Notes under the pieces: model-generated | Databases searched by the model: none | What the model was told of the DNA's origin: nothing | The model's input: the letters and a program-made list of their open reading frames with translations, nothing else | Assembly: GCA_951406725.2 (NCBI GenBank) | Contig: OX597821.1 | Coordinates: 78,926,001-78,990,000 of the forward strand | From: Octopus vulgaris | Lineage: Eukaryota | Direction of reading: 5' to 3' | Length of the DNA: 64,000 nucleotides | Shown here: positions 38,379-56,128 of the stretch, piece after piece | How the letters are laid out: every line of letters starts with the position of its first letter | Numbering within the stretch: position 1 is the stretch's first letter | Position numbers and translations under genes: made by a program

Positions 38379-39235
38379 ATATGCATACATATATGTGTGC
38401 ATGTGTCTGTGTGTGTGTTAGTACACATGCTCGGTACACAGCAATATTTGTTTGCTTCGCGATGCCATGTTTAGCCGAAACACAAGAATTAAGAAACCGG
38501 AAGGAGTTAGTTGCTCTCTGCAGCCTGAAAGATATTTCATCATCCAGGGGCCAAGAACGGCTGAGTGTGCTGCCCAGGTAGACGAACTTGTCTACCACTT
38601 TCACAATTGTTCCTTCAACCAAGATAGAATGTAATGATCCTTGAACGCTTTCACCAGAGATGTCTCAGGCACATTCTGAATGTTGGCTGGACCTTAAAAA
38701 CTCCATACACACAGGTCCTGAGGACAAATGGTATCTTGAATGGCGATGATGCATAAGCACCAGTTACATTGGACTGAGCATCTTATTAGAGTGAAGGATA
38801 GCAGGATCCCTAAACAGATGCTATATGGGGAACTTGCGAATGGAAAGAGACCCCGGCAGTAACTGAGGCTGCGATTTAAAGACTGTGTCATGTTCTCATT
38901 AAAGGCATGTAGTATGCAGGAGACTGACTGGGAGAACAATGCCTGTCATCTCCAAAGATGGAGGAAGCATGTTAAGGAGGGGTCGAAACTTTTGAGACAG
39001 CACAGATTCTGCATTAAGCACTTTAGCGTGCTGATCGAAAGTGCACTGCTGTGTAGTGAATGGGGAAAGTTTGTTCTGCTACGTTTGCTGTCGTGTATGC
39101 TTGTCAAGAGTGCTCATTAGCCACAAACGGAGCCTCAAATGCAAATTATAAGTTAGTCCTAGGTCGTATAATGTTCCTGAAGGTCAGAAATGGTCTTTTT
39201 TAGCTCAGGAGTGGAGGGCCATCAAGTATATATCT

Positions 39236-39268
<33 letters not shown>

Positions 39269-39483
39269 TATACGTGTGTGTATGTGTAGGTAGTATCTAT
39301 GTGTATGTGCGTGTGTGTGTATGCATTTTAGTATATGTTACCCCTATCATCAATGGAGATCTTGCTTTAGCTTGATGCTAATGTATCCACCATTCTTCGT
39401 TGTTCAGATCATAAATAAATCTTGCAAATTATTAGTTGTGGAGAGCAGAGAAAATTTGGTGAATAAAACGTATAAATACTTAC

Positions 39484-39562
39484 ACTTGTGCGTGTTCAAT
39501 TCTAATGTAATTGTTTGTGTAGTTAATTGCCAGAGTAATTGTGACAATGACAGCTGGAAGAC
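39484..39562 (-). CDS. Adhesion GPCR copy R, TM4-ECL2 exon
   Basis: 79 nt, cag/gtaagt boundaries, GLPAVIVTITLAINY. Confidence 0.88.
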
Positions 39563-40082
39563 CTGACAAGGACATTTACAGAAAGGAAGAAACATATGTA
39601 GATATTAGTCAATATTTAAACTCATAAATAAGTAACATTTAAATCGATTTAGTTGACCATGTTTTATTTAGAGAAAAATGTCTACTTCAAAAGATATCAA
39701 TTTTTATTTTGATGTACCCAGGTCACTTTTTACAATTTACTCCTTTGGTTTTTATTAGTAAGTACGACTGGTGTATATCTTCGATTCTATCAACGATATG
39801 TTTTACTGGGAAACAAAACTTAAAATTACTGCAATTTCTGGTTAATCAAATAAAAACAACAAAAAGTCGTGCTCATGAACCTCTTCTTAAATTAGTTGTT
39901 GCCTCAGGTGAAAGTACAAAATGAATAACTCTTAGCTTTTTTTTCTAGAGATGAGATTAGACTGAAACTCTTTGCGGGAAAATGAAAGTAATCTTATGTT
40001 GCCCTAATGGTCAACCTGAGAATCTATTTCTTTATAATCTAGATTTAACTTAAAAATATGACATCTTGTTTCAGCTACTTAC

Positions 40083-40227
40083 CCCATGACAAAATTGAAC
40101 TCTTCAGGATAAAATGTGACTGGTATGTTTTAAATACAATTACGCTAACAAGGCAAACGTGACATGCTTCGACAGCCATCCACATGAGAGATGCCAGCAG
40201 GAAGTAGTGTAACAGAGCAGCCACTGC
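40083..40227 (-). CDS. Adhesion GPCR copy R, TM3-TM4 exon (AVAALLHYFLLASLMWMAVEA...SWG)
   Basis: 145 nt, tgtag/gtaagt boundaries, class B2 TM3 motif. Confidence 0.9.
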
Positions 40228-40472
40228 CTACAATAACAATAACATCAACAACAACAATTTCTAACATACACATATATCACCTCAAATACAAATTGTTTTA
40301 CAGGGATGGGATATAATTAGTAGACATCAGTTATTGATTGATATTTTATATTACTGCCCCAGAAGGAGGAAAATTAAAATTGAAATTTCGCAACAAAACA
40401 TAAAGAGACGTATTACAATAGAGAAATGAATTTTTGTTTGACGCACTCGCCAATCGACCACCTTAGCCATGT

Positions 40473-40473
<1 letters not shown>

Positions 40474-40518
<45 letters not shown>

Positions 40519-40559
40519 TAATAATAATAATAATAAAAATGATAATAATGATAATAATG

Positions 40560-40596
<37 letters not shown>
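40474..40596. repeat. (TAA)n microsatellite
   Basis: Seen directly. Confidence 0.95.
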
Positions 40597-43500
40597 TGCC
40601 CGGAGATAAATCTAACAACAAAAAAAAATACAGACGAATACAGATCTGCTAGCCTTAAGAAGCTGCGCTACCAACAACGTTTACGTGCAGAGAATCCTAA
40701 ACTGACAGATCCGTCTCTTAATGTTAGAATCGAAGCTCGTCATGCTCCAACGTCAACAAAACAAACTACAATCTGCGATGGTCGGCGAGCGGATTACAAA
40801 AGACCACGTACCCGAAAATTGAACCAAAGTCTGATTGAAAAATCAGCTACTGGATCAAATCTTCCCGACACACAGGAGCTGAACGTACCCCACAACTGGA
40901 ATATTCCAACAGATGGCCATCCATGCTCGTCACCAAACACTCAAAAGAAACAGAAGATAAAATGGACTAGGGAAGATAATAAAGAAGTTCTTGCGGCCTT
41001 CTACCATGCCATATATTTCCCCACAGATAAATCTACATAAACTGGAGACAGAAACACCTTGAAGTAAGACCCTACATAGACAGTAACAAACTTGCCAACG
41101 TCAGAAGAAACATTATAAAAAAAATTACTGACTGAAGTAGAGATTGATCAAGTTAGACAAGCAGTAACGGATAGAATGAACGAAGCTGCAGTTAAAGAAG
41201 ATAATACAGAGGAAATAAGTATAGACCAGCCCAGAGCTGATAAAACCGAAGTAAGGATTGAAAGAGTTAGTATAAGTGATAGGCAAAGTGAAATACTCTT
41301 TGAACCCAAAATAAACACTAAGACAGATGAACATCAAATAGATGAAGAAAGTCACACAAATATTGACCCAACAGAACTACATGAGCTAAAAAGTCAAATC
41401 ATGATTGAATGGCCGAAAACTAAAGAAACCAGCATGGATGAACGTGATACACTCCCTAAAATCCGCAACTCTAACCAAAACATGAAAGTAACTGGTAAAA
41501 CCCGGCTTGCATTTAAGGATATAATTTCAGCTAATGATGTTGATATCACAGATCTCAACCACCTATACTATGCATCCGCGAAAATCTCAACGATCCTATG
41601 TGGTGAAAAGATTAGAAAACGGCAACGTTCCCACAAAAAGCCTTCTTGGCAAGAGCGTTTGCAACAACAAATTAAACTATTTAGATCTGACATTGAATAT
41701 TTGAAAAATCTTAAGGTTCATAAGACTACCAAACCTACAAAAACCCAAAATCTAATGAAAAAATATAATATAAAAACTATACGTGATATTGATGCCACCA
41801 TAAAAACCATCAAGCAAAAGGTATCTGCTAAAGCTGCTCGCATAGCGAGGTATGAAAAGCGTGTTAGATTCTTCAGGGACAACAACATGTTCAAAAATAT
41901 CCCCAAACATTTTTACAGGAAGATAGGAAAAACAGCAGTTACTGTAAAGTCTGTACCATCAAAAGAAGAAGTGCAGGGATTTTGGAATAAAATTTGGGCC
42001 GAAGAAAAAACACACAGCGTAAAGGCCCCCTGGATTGATAGAGTATCTACAGAACTGGATTCCTTAGAAGAGCAAAAGTGGGAGGGTGTCAAGGTAGAAT
42101 ATATAAGATCTGCTCTCAGGAGGTCAAGCAAATGGAAGTCTCCAGGACAGGATAAAATCCCTAACTTCTGGTTGAATGCCTTCCCAGAGAGCCATGAACT
42201 GCTAACAGAACTTTACAATGATGTTTTGCAACACCTTAGTAGGATGCCTCCTTGGCTAGTTAATGGGTTAACATTCCTGCTTCCAAAAAGTGAAGAAACA
42301 AATGAACCAAAAATTATAGACCCATAACCTGCTTAACAACTATGTATAAAACACTAACATCTGTCCTGATGGAATACACCTATAGTTTTTTGACAGACAG
42401 CAGCATATTCCCTAATGAACAGAAAGGATGTAAACGTGGATCCTACGGTTGTAAAGATCAACTACTCATCAATAAGATGATCTTAGAAGATTGTCACAAA
42501 CAACACAAAAACTTATCAATAGCCTGGATAGACTATAAAAAGGCTTTTGATAGCCTACCACTTAGCTGGATTAAGAAATGCCTAGAAATGTATAAGATAG
42601 CACCTATTCTGCGAAACTTTGTCTGTAAGTATGAGATCATGGAGAACCACACTAACTTTGAATAGTGACAATGAATCTCTAAATGCTGGTGATGTAAAAA
42701 TTTCATGTGGCATTTTCCAGGGTGACTCACTGTCACCACTCCTCTTTTGTTTATCCTTAATACCTCTCTCAAAACTGCTCAATGACGCGCAGTACGGATA
42801 TAAAATGTTTGATAAAAATATAAATCATCTCATTTACATGGAGGATTTAAAGCTCTTTGCAAAAAATGACCAACAACTCAAGGGCTTACTAGCGATTGTC
42901 AAACAATTCAGTGATGACATCAGAATGCAATTCGGCCTCGATAAGTGTGCAAAAGCTACCTTTATCAAAGGAAAAATGACAGAAACATCTAACGTTAACC
43001 TTGACCAGCAGAATGTCATAAAATAATTAGACCCAGCGGAGAACCTCAAGTATCTAGGGATAATTGAAGGAGACGGAATAAGGCATTCAGAGATGAAGGA
43101 AAGGATCAGGAGAGAATGTTATCGCAGAGTAAGAGTAATACTCAAGACAGAGCTGAATGCGAGAAACAGGATCGAAGCGATCAATGCATTAGCCATACCA
43201 GTCGTGACTTACAGTTTCAATATCGTTAACTGGTCAATTACTGAAATATGTAATCTTGACAGAAAAATACGAAAACTGTTGACAATGCATAGAATGCACC
43301 ACCCTAAGGCAGATACAGAACGACTTTATCTGCCAAGGAAAGAGGGAGGCCGTGGACTTTTATAACTGGCAATAACAATGAAGATTGCTACTATTGGCCT
43401 AGACACCTACCTGAAAAACTCTGAGGAATAGATGTTAAAACTTGTCTCAAAACATGAAAACGAGAAAGCATCATACTCAGTAACAAAACAGGCAAAGGAA

Positions 43501-43810
43501 TATCTAAGTGAATTCCGAATACAACAAATTTCGGAATTAGACATACAAGAAACAAGCACAGAAAAAGCTAAATGCATGAAAACCAGTGTTAAAACTGCTG
43601 CCTTAGATATTCTGAATGATAAATGACTAGAAAAACCTCTCTATGGCAAATACCCAAAGAGAGCGAATAATGCAGATGTTGACAAAGCCCTGACCCATCA
43701 ATGGCTAATGGCCTCTGGCTTAAAATCTGAAACAGAGGGGTTTATCATAGCAGCTCAAGATCAATGCCTACCAACAAGAAACTACCAGGCCAACATATTA
43801 AAGACCGGCA
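40597..43810 (+). mobile_element. R4/Dong-like non-LTR retrotransposon directly after (TAA)n; 3' RLE region missing
   Basis: KWTREDNKEV, WKSPGQDKIPNFWL, EQKGCKRGSYGCKDQLLINK, GIFQGDSLSPLLF, YMEDLK and ETEGFIIAAQDQCLPTRNY, with frameshifts. Confidence 0.9.
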
Positions 43811-43811
43811 G

Positions 43812-44310
43812 AATAAATGATAAACAGGAGAAGCCATGTCTGGCTAGAACATGGTTTCCCATTCAAACAGCTCCAACCTTTGGAATGTCATTCTCGATTG
43901 TATGTGGCCGAGTATTATCCTGATGGAAAACACCTTTCGTCTGGAAACCAAAAATGGTTCTTTTTTCGGCAGGCACTAAACTGAATGACTGGTTGAATGA
44001 AGAAATCCAAGATTCTCTGCTAGTTCTTCAGTAGTTACTATGGAATTTGTTCCACCAGAGTTTGCAGGACATCCTCGTCGAGCTCTATAGATCTTCTAGG
44101 TTGTAGATTCCGACTCGGAATTTCTGTAACCACCATTAAAACTAGCTTATGCTTATTGTCCGACCCTTATATACAGCATTAATATTCCTCGCACTTTCCG
44201 TTGTGTTGTTGTCTTTATAGTACTCATAAAGCAAAACATGCCGAATATACCCAAAACAATAAAATTCAAATAATGTTGAATAGAAAGCTAACATAGACAA
44301 GTTGAGTAGG
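43812..44310 (-). mobile_element. Mariner (Tc1/mariner) transposase remnant
   Basis: Minus strand: RHVLLYEY..NNTTESARNINAVY, ELDEDVLQTLVEQ and VFHQDNTRPH. Confidence 0.8.
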
Positions 44311-44619
44311 CACGATGTTTAATATATAGGCGAGGAGAATTATGGAAATTTTATACAAAATATAGCTTGACGAATTAAAATATATTTTCTCACTATCTGG
44401 TATTTTTTACCATAAAAATGTGGTCATCATCTGAAAATAAAGCAACAGACAAACACAAAAATACAATGACGAAACACACAAACATTAAATGCATTCAGTA
44501 ACGGTGGAAAAATTTGAATAGATTGGAACCTGGGCTATTACTGGGGAAAATCTATATGAGCTCGTTCATAGTGTTTCATATAAAACTATTCGAACTGGTT
44601 AAAATGTGTTGCCACTTAC

Positions 44620-44743
44620 CTTACAAGCAGCTGATACTTTTAAGGCATCAGGCTGCATCCCAGCAAGAAAGATAATATTAGTGATAGCCAAAGATATGCA
44701 CAAGTTTACTAAAATCTTTGAAGACATTAATTTCCTTAGTTTG
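44620..44743 (-). CDS. Adhesion GPCR copy R, TM2 exon ([28 protein letters not shown]...ACK); missing from the ORF track
   Basis: tttcag acceptor, AAG|gtaagt donor, 124 nt. Joins in phase 0 to AVAALLHY and carries the class B2 motif SKIL.NLC.SL. Confidence 0.9.
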
Positions 44744-44869
44744 CTGAAATAATGGAAAAAAGAATAAAAAATATTTCCCTCAATGAAGTAGAGGCAAAAA
44801 CAAGAAACCAGTACTTAAATAACAACTACAACTGTTTATATGATGATTACTTGAATATAAACGATATGT

Positions 44870-45247
44870 TATATCTATATCTATATATATATCTATATGT
44901 ATATATATCTATATATATATATATATCTATATATCTATATATATATATATCTATATATATATATATCTATATATCTCTATATATATATATATCTATATAT
45001 CTATATATCTATATATCTATATATCTATATCTATATATCTATATATCTATATATCTATATATCTATATCTATATATCTATATATCTATATATATATCTAT
45101 ATCTATATCTATATATATATCTATATATCTATATATATATCTATATCTATATCTATATCTATATCTATATATATATCTATATATATCTATATCTATATAT
45201 CTATCTATATATATCTATATATATATATCTATCTATATATATCTATA

Positions 45248-45313
<66 letters not shown>

Positions 45314-45373
45314 ATATATATATCTATCTATATATATCTATATAGATATATATATATATATCTATATATATAT
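44870..45373. repeat. (TA/TATC)n microsatellite
   Basis: Seen directly. Confidence 0.95.
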
Positions 45374-47330
45374 CTTAGAATAACTTAGAATAACTTAGAA
45401 AGGTTTTTGGCCAGTATTGGCCCAGGCCATGTCTAACTTAATAGCACCACCTGGCGAAGTCTTTCAGTTCAGGATTTGGGCACCAAGGCCCATTCGAGCA
45501 GAGAGTTATTGTTTGCGGAGACATATCCGGGTGTGGATGGTTTGTCCGGTACTGTTTGAAAGAATTTGTCCAAAGACTTCTTGAATTTTGTGTGGTCAGT
45601 TTCTTTTTTGACGTGTCCTGGTGTAATGTTGAAGAGAGCGGGTCCAATTGAGGTGAAATAGTTGTGCCGTATTGTCGTTATGTGATGCGATTTAGATTTT
45701 TGTTGTGGACGGATGGCACGTGGTCCAAGCCTTGGATGCATTTTGAAGGTGATGCCAACATCATTCGGACAGTGCTGATGGAATATTTTCCACATCATAC
45801 AGATAATGTAGCGTTCACGGCGTCGTTGGAGTGAATACAATTTCAGCTTCTCTAGTCTACCCCAGTAGTCAAGGTCTGACATGCCATCTATCTTTTTTGT
45901 GATTGACCTTTGGGGAGCTTCAATTCTCATAATATTTTGTTTTGTGTAGGGAGACCACAGTGGACAGCAGTATTCAAGGTGGGGTCGGGCAAAAGTGGAG
46001 AAGAGAAGGATAATAGCGTGGGAATCTCTCGACTGGAAGGTTCTGAGAATCCAGGAACACATTCTGCGGGCCATGTCAACTTTGCTGCTTATATGTGTAG
46101 CCCAGCTTATGTTGTTGTCCACTGTTACTCCCAGGTCTCTGATGTTGTTGGATGCCATGAGAATTTCTCCAGAAGGAAGAGAGTATGGGAGTTTCAGAGC
46201 GTCCTCCCTTCCAAAGTGGATCAGTTCGAATTTGTCTTCATTTAGCAACATGTTATTCTTTTCCGCCCATTGGACAACAGCCAGTATGTCTGACTGAAGG
46301 TTTATTCGGTCATCCACGCCATTGATGACCTTCTGGAGCTTGGAATCATCAGCGAAGGTTCTGATGTTGCTGTGTTTGATGGTGTCAGTAATATCATTTA
46401 TGTAGATGATGAAGAGAAGTGGGCCCAACACAGTGCCTTGTGGGACACCACTGCTGACTTTGGCTGGGCTGGATTTGACTCCTTCGACTACAACATGTTG
46501 GGTTCTGTTAGAGAGGAAGCACTTGATCCATTGCAGCAGCTTTCCAGTGACACCAATATTGGACAGCTTTCTCAGAAGGATCTTATGATCAACCCTGTCA
46601 AAGGCCTTGCTGAAATCAAGGTAGATGACATCAGTGTTGGAACCCTCTCCCAAGGCTCTCAAAATGTCATCAAAATGATGCAGTAGCTGCGTCAGGCAAT
46701 CTCTCCCATTACGGAATCCATGCTGGTTGGGGTTCAGCATATTATGACTCTCAAGGAAGTGAGTCATACGCGATCTCAGCACCCTCTCAAATACCTTGAT
46801 GATATGAGAGGTGAGTGAGATTGGACGGTAATTCACGGCAAGCGATTTGTTTCCTTTTTTGAAAACTGGGACAACAGACTGGGATAGAAGGTCTTCTGGT
46901 ATATATCCAGCATCCAATGAGTTCCGCCACAGATTGGCTAGAGGGGGTGCAAGTTGGTTTTGACACATCTTCAAGACACAAGCAGGGAACCTATCGGGAC
47001 CTACTGCTGAATTATGCTTCATTTCCTTTATTGCTGCTAAGACATCAGGAGCGCCAAATGTTATGTCCGATAAAGTGTATTGGGGAGTAACATCACTGAT
47101 ACAGCCCAGATCAGTCATATCAGGATTGCTGAAAACAGAGCAATATTGTTTCTGCAATATTTCTCCCATGGTTTTGGCATTGTCTTGAAGAATACCATTT
47201 TCATCAATCAGAGGGCCAACAGTAGAACCAGTGACTCTGTGTTTTTTTGCAAATGAAAAGAACACTTTGGGATTGAGTTTGATCTTCTCAATGGCCCAGG
47301 CCTCTTCAGCTCTTCGCTGACTATTGATGA
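45374..47330 (-). mobile_element. 5'-truncated CR1-like LINE with an open 598-aa RT ORF
   Basis: NYRPISLTS, YLDFSKAFD, GVPQGTVLGP, FADDSK and [11 protein letters not shown]. Tandem tail (ttagaataac)n on the + strand. Confidence 0.92.
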
Positions 47331-50273
<2,943 letters not shown>

Positions 50274-51287
50274 TACTTTGATACTTTGATACTTTGATAG
50301 GTTTCGGCCATTATTGGCCCAGGCCATGTCTAACTTAATAGCACCACCTGGTGAAGTCTTTCAAGTCAGAATTTGGGCACTATGGCCCACTCAAGTAGAG
50401 AGTTATTGTTTACAGAGACATATCCGGGTGTAGGGGGTTTATCCGGGATTTCTTGAAGGAATCTGTCCAAAGACTTCTTGAACCCTATAGGGTCAGTTTC
50501 TGTTTTAATGTGTTTTGGTGTAATGTTAAAGAGAGCGGGGCCAATTGAGGTGAAATAATTGTGCCGTATTGTTGTTATGAGATGAGAGTGCGATTTTTGT
50601 TTTGGGCGGATGGCACGGGGCCCAAGCCTTGGATGTACCTTAAAGGTGATGCCAACATCATTTGGGCAATGCTGATGGAATATTTTCCACATCATGCAGA
50701 TGATGTAGCGCTCACGACGACGTTGGAGAGAATAGAGTTTTAGCTTTTCTAGTCGACCCCAATAGTCGAGGCCTGTCATGCCATCTATCTTTTTTGTGAT
50801 TGCCCTTTGAGGTGCTTCGACTTTTATGATACCTTGTATTGTGTGGGGAGACCACAGTGGACAACAGTATTCAAGGTGGGGTCGGGCAAAAGTGGAGAAG
50901 AGAAGGATAATGGTGTGGATATCTCTCGACTGGAAAGTTCTGAGAATCCAGGAACACATTCTGCGGGCCATGTCAACTTTGGTGTTTATATGAGTGGCCC
51001 AGCTTACGTTGTTGTCCACAATTACTCCCAAGTCTCTGATGTTGTTGGACGCCGCGAGAGTTTCACCTGAAGGAAGGGAGTATGGGAGTTTCAGGGCATC
51101 CTCTTTTCCAAAGTGGATTAGCTCAAATTTATCCTCGTTCAGCAGCATATTGTTTTTTTCTGCCCATTGGATAACAGCCAGTAGATCTGACTGAAGGCAT
51201 GTCCGGTCACTCGCCTCATTTATGACCTTCTGTAGCTTGGAGTCATCTGCAAAGATTTTTATGTTGCTGTGCTTGATGATGTCATTA
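50274..51287 (-). mobile_element. 5'-truncated CR1-like LINE, near-identical to 59343-60481
   Basis: 260-aa RT C-terminus; tail (tactttga)n on the + strand. Confidence 0.92.
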
Positions 51288-51294
51288 TATCTAA

Positions 51295-52735
<1,441 letters not shown>

Positions 52736-52820
52736 TGATTGATTGATTGATTCTAGTTTCAGCTTATGAGCTGTGGCCATGCTGGGGCACCGCCATTTGG
52801 TGTTGCTACTTGGTTTCACT

Positions 52821-55800
52821 TCATGGAGGCTTTCTAGCAACTGCTATTTGGTGCATGAGAGAGTTCGATGCAGCTGCCCTCATCTGCCCCTCCTGCCGTG
52901 AAGTTGGTTCATCTGGGACACCTGACAGGAAGAGATCCAGCTTCATTTTAAAGACATCTGTATCCACCCCATGCAGGTCTCTCAGGTTCTTCGGGAGGAT
53001 ATTGAAGAGCTGTGGGCCTCGGAAGCCCAGGCTATCACAGAATCTTGTCCTACATCTTGATGGCAGGTTTGGAGTCCTAGGCACCACGCAGTGGCGCCCA
53101 GTTCTGGCATTTGCGTAACTCTCGATGCCAAAGTTCAGGACACTTCCCTCCAGGATCTTCCAGATGTATATTATGGCATATCTTTCCCGCCTACGCTCCA
53201 GAGAATATAATTTTAATCTCTTGAGTCTTTCCCAGTAGCTTACATTCTGCATAGAGGCTATCTTCTTTGTGTAGCTTCGTTGGATCGCCTCAAGTTCTGT
53301 GATCAACTTGACACTGGATGGTGACCATAGCTGAGAGCAATAGTCAAAGTGGCTTAGGACAAGTGTCTTCCAGAGGACCATCATGGTTTTTGTTCTCTTG
53401 TTCTAAAGGTTCTAAGAATCCATCCAGCCAGCCGTCTACATTTCATTGCCAGTTTAGCAACATGTACATGAAAGGTCGCGTCATCACTCATGTGAATACC
53501 TAGGTCACGCACTGATTGTGCCTCTGGGATTGCAATCCCTCCGGGTCCAGTGTATTCATTGGGTATTGCATTCAGTTTTGCATGCTGATAGTATAAAGCT
53601 TGAAACTTTCCAGCATTGAACTGCATGCTATTCTTTTCAGCCCACTTGTATATTTCGTCCAGCTCACATTGCAGGTGTTTAGTGTCCTCAGGGTTCTGTA
53701 TTGCCTGTGAAACTTTTGTATCATCTGCATAACTTGTGATCGTGGCTCTCTGCGTGGCTGAGGGCATGTCTGAGAGGGCCATTATGAACAGTAGTGGTCC
53801 CAGAACAGTGCCCTGCGGAACACCGCTCACTATTTGTGTGTTAATGGAGGTGGCCCCATTGGCTACTACCACCTGACTTCTATCCTTCAGAAAGTCATGA
53901 AGCCATTCTCCCAGTTTTCCAACTATGTTGAGATCACGCAGTTTGTGACATATCATTCCATGATCGACTTTATCAAAGGCCTTTGCAAAGTCGAGATATA
54001 TCACTTCCACATTTGAGTGGTTGAGCAGCCGTTTCAGCACCCAGTCATAGTGTTGTAGGAGCTGAGTTAAACAGCTTCTCCCTGGTCGGAAACCATGTTT
54101 GGTGTCGGGCAGCAAGTCATTCTCTTCAAGGAAGGTGATGAGTTTCCTTCTGACTATTCGTTCCATGACCTTGCTGATGTGTGAGGTCAGAGAGATAGGT
54201 CTATAGTTCTTGGCTTCCGCTCTGCTACCTCCTTTATGAATGGGGCATATTTTACCTTCCTTCAGTTTTCCTGGAAGTTTGCCAGCTGCAAGGAAGCTCT
54301 GAAAGAGGAACTGCAGTGGTCTTGCTAGGACTCTCTTACATGCTTTTAGGAGGATTGCCGGGAATCCATCGGGGCCAGTAGCTGAGTCTGTTTTCATTTC
54401 ATCTATAGCCTTGGTTACATCGTCTTCCTTTATATCGATGTAATCTATCGTCGCCGCCTCTGATTTTATATCTGCAGTGGTAAAAAAGTCAGTTGGATTG
54501 GTGATTTGGAGATGCCCAAGGGGTGGAGTGAAAACACTCTTGAATTGCTCATTCAGTATTTCACTTACCCTCATTGGTTTTCCTGTAAGTGTGCCATCCT
54601 TTTCGAGGAGTGGCCCTATTCTACAGTGCACTGTAGCTGTTTCTTTGGCATACCTGTAGAAAGCTCTGGGGTTAGATTTTATGTTTTCTATAGCCCAGGC
54701 TTCTTTGTCTGCTCTTTCTTTTTCATGGGAGAGTTGCAGACATTTTTCGATTTCCAACAGTTTTATTTTTAGGCGGGACTTTTCACTGCTTTCAATCTGT
54801 TTGTTTAGGCGATTTGAAAATTTCGTACGCCGTCTCATTAAAATTTTCCTCTCTCTGGGGATTTTGTTCTTGTGTACAGTGGCCTTTCTCTCTGGGACAC
54901 ATTTGTAGCATATGGCTTGCATTACAGACATGAATTGTTGAAGTTTCACGTCGATGTCTGGCGAGGAGAGACATTTAGGCCAGTTTTGTTTGAGGATCTC
55001 TTTCTCAATTTGTTTCCAGTTTGCCTTATGGTAGTTCAAGCTGGAAAGATTTTGAGGGTTTCTTGTAGGCTGCATGTCCGTGCTCTCTTTTGGCCCGTAC
55101 ATGGTCAGCTCTATCATGTTGTGATCCGAGAGTAGTGTCGGTGTCACTTTCACATTATGGATGAGATCCATGTCATTTGTGAAGCAGAGATCCAGTGTGT
55201 TACCTGCCCTGGTTGGTTGGAGTATTACCTGCTCCATGTACAGGGTGTTGATGAGGTTCAGGAGGGACCTCGCCTGTCCTCGTTCACATCTTGTCATTCC
55301 TGGGAGAGAAAGGCCCTCGGGCCATCTGACATTGGGCAGATTGAAGTCTCCCATAAGAAGCACACCTATGTGTTGTTCTAATGTGGTTAGAATTTCTTCT
55401 ATTTTTATAAGGCAGTCTTCAAACTTGCCCACATGGCTTGGGGCATCTGGAGGGCGATATGTAGCACACACAACTACATCAAGTTGCCTAATATGTACAA
55501 TTAGTGTGTCACACACCGAGTTTGAGTATGACAAGAGGACCTGGGGTGTGAGGTCCTCACGGATGTACATAGCAACACCTCCATGACTCCTTTCTTTCCT
55601 GTCGGTCCGTAGTACAGCATACTGTGGTATGTGTAACTCCGCATCTGCTATGTCCGGTTTCAGGTGCGTTTCTGTAAGTGCTATGCATAAGGCTTGATTG
55701 CATGCAACAAAGTCTCTCAGGAACGGGATCTTTGTCCTGTTACTGAGTGTTTGCAGTCCTCTGATGTTCAGTAGGAGTATCGAGGTGAGGTGTACGTTGT

Positions 55801-56128
55801 TGCCGGCGGTGTCCATCCTGTGTCTGTTTGCTGTGGTGGTCTGGTATATAGTGGGTAGTCCCACCTGCGGGCTTGGGTTTGATGAAGCCAGGTCAGCTGC
55901 TGTACAATCTTTTGTGCCATGCACAAAAAGATTGTTGCTCAGCAGCTGCTCTTTCGACAACATCATGTTGGCTGTTTGTGGCGCGCACAACATCTGCGTA
56001 CCTCCGCTTTGGGGCAGGTGGTGCGTGGTCCATCCCTTTTCTTTGTGTTGATGGTTTGTCCATCTGCCTCGTGTCTCTGTGGCAGGGTCCCCGATGTGCA
56101 AAGCGGCAGCCTGCACCTTCCTTTCCAT
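52821..56128 (-). CDS. LINE ORF2: AP endonuclease plus reverse transcriptase, single frameshift near 53385
   Basis: LNIRGL, LTETHL, GGVAMY, YRPP, GDFN, SDH (APE); LDFAKAFD, GVPQGTVLGP, YADD (RT). 915 aa plus 187 aa in two frames. Confidence 0.92.

Larger units (their letters stand above)
33420..40474. repeat. Right arm of the inverted duplication
   Basis: Reverse-complement colinearity with 10331-20910. Confidence 0.93.

Noticed and set aside
45910-46686. Plus-strand ORFs opposite the LINE RTs (also 53318-56605, 21878-22424)
   Set aside because: Antisense shadows of coding sequence with no independent motifs
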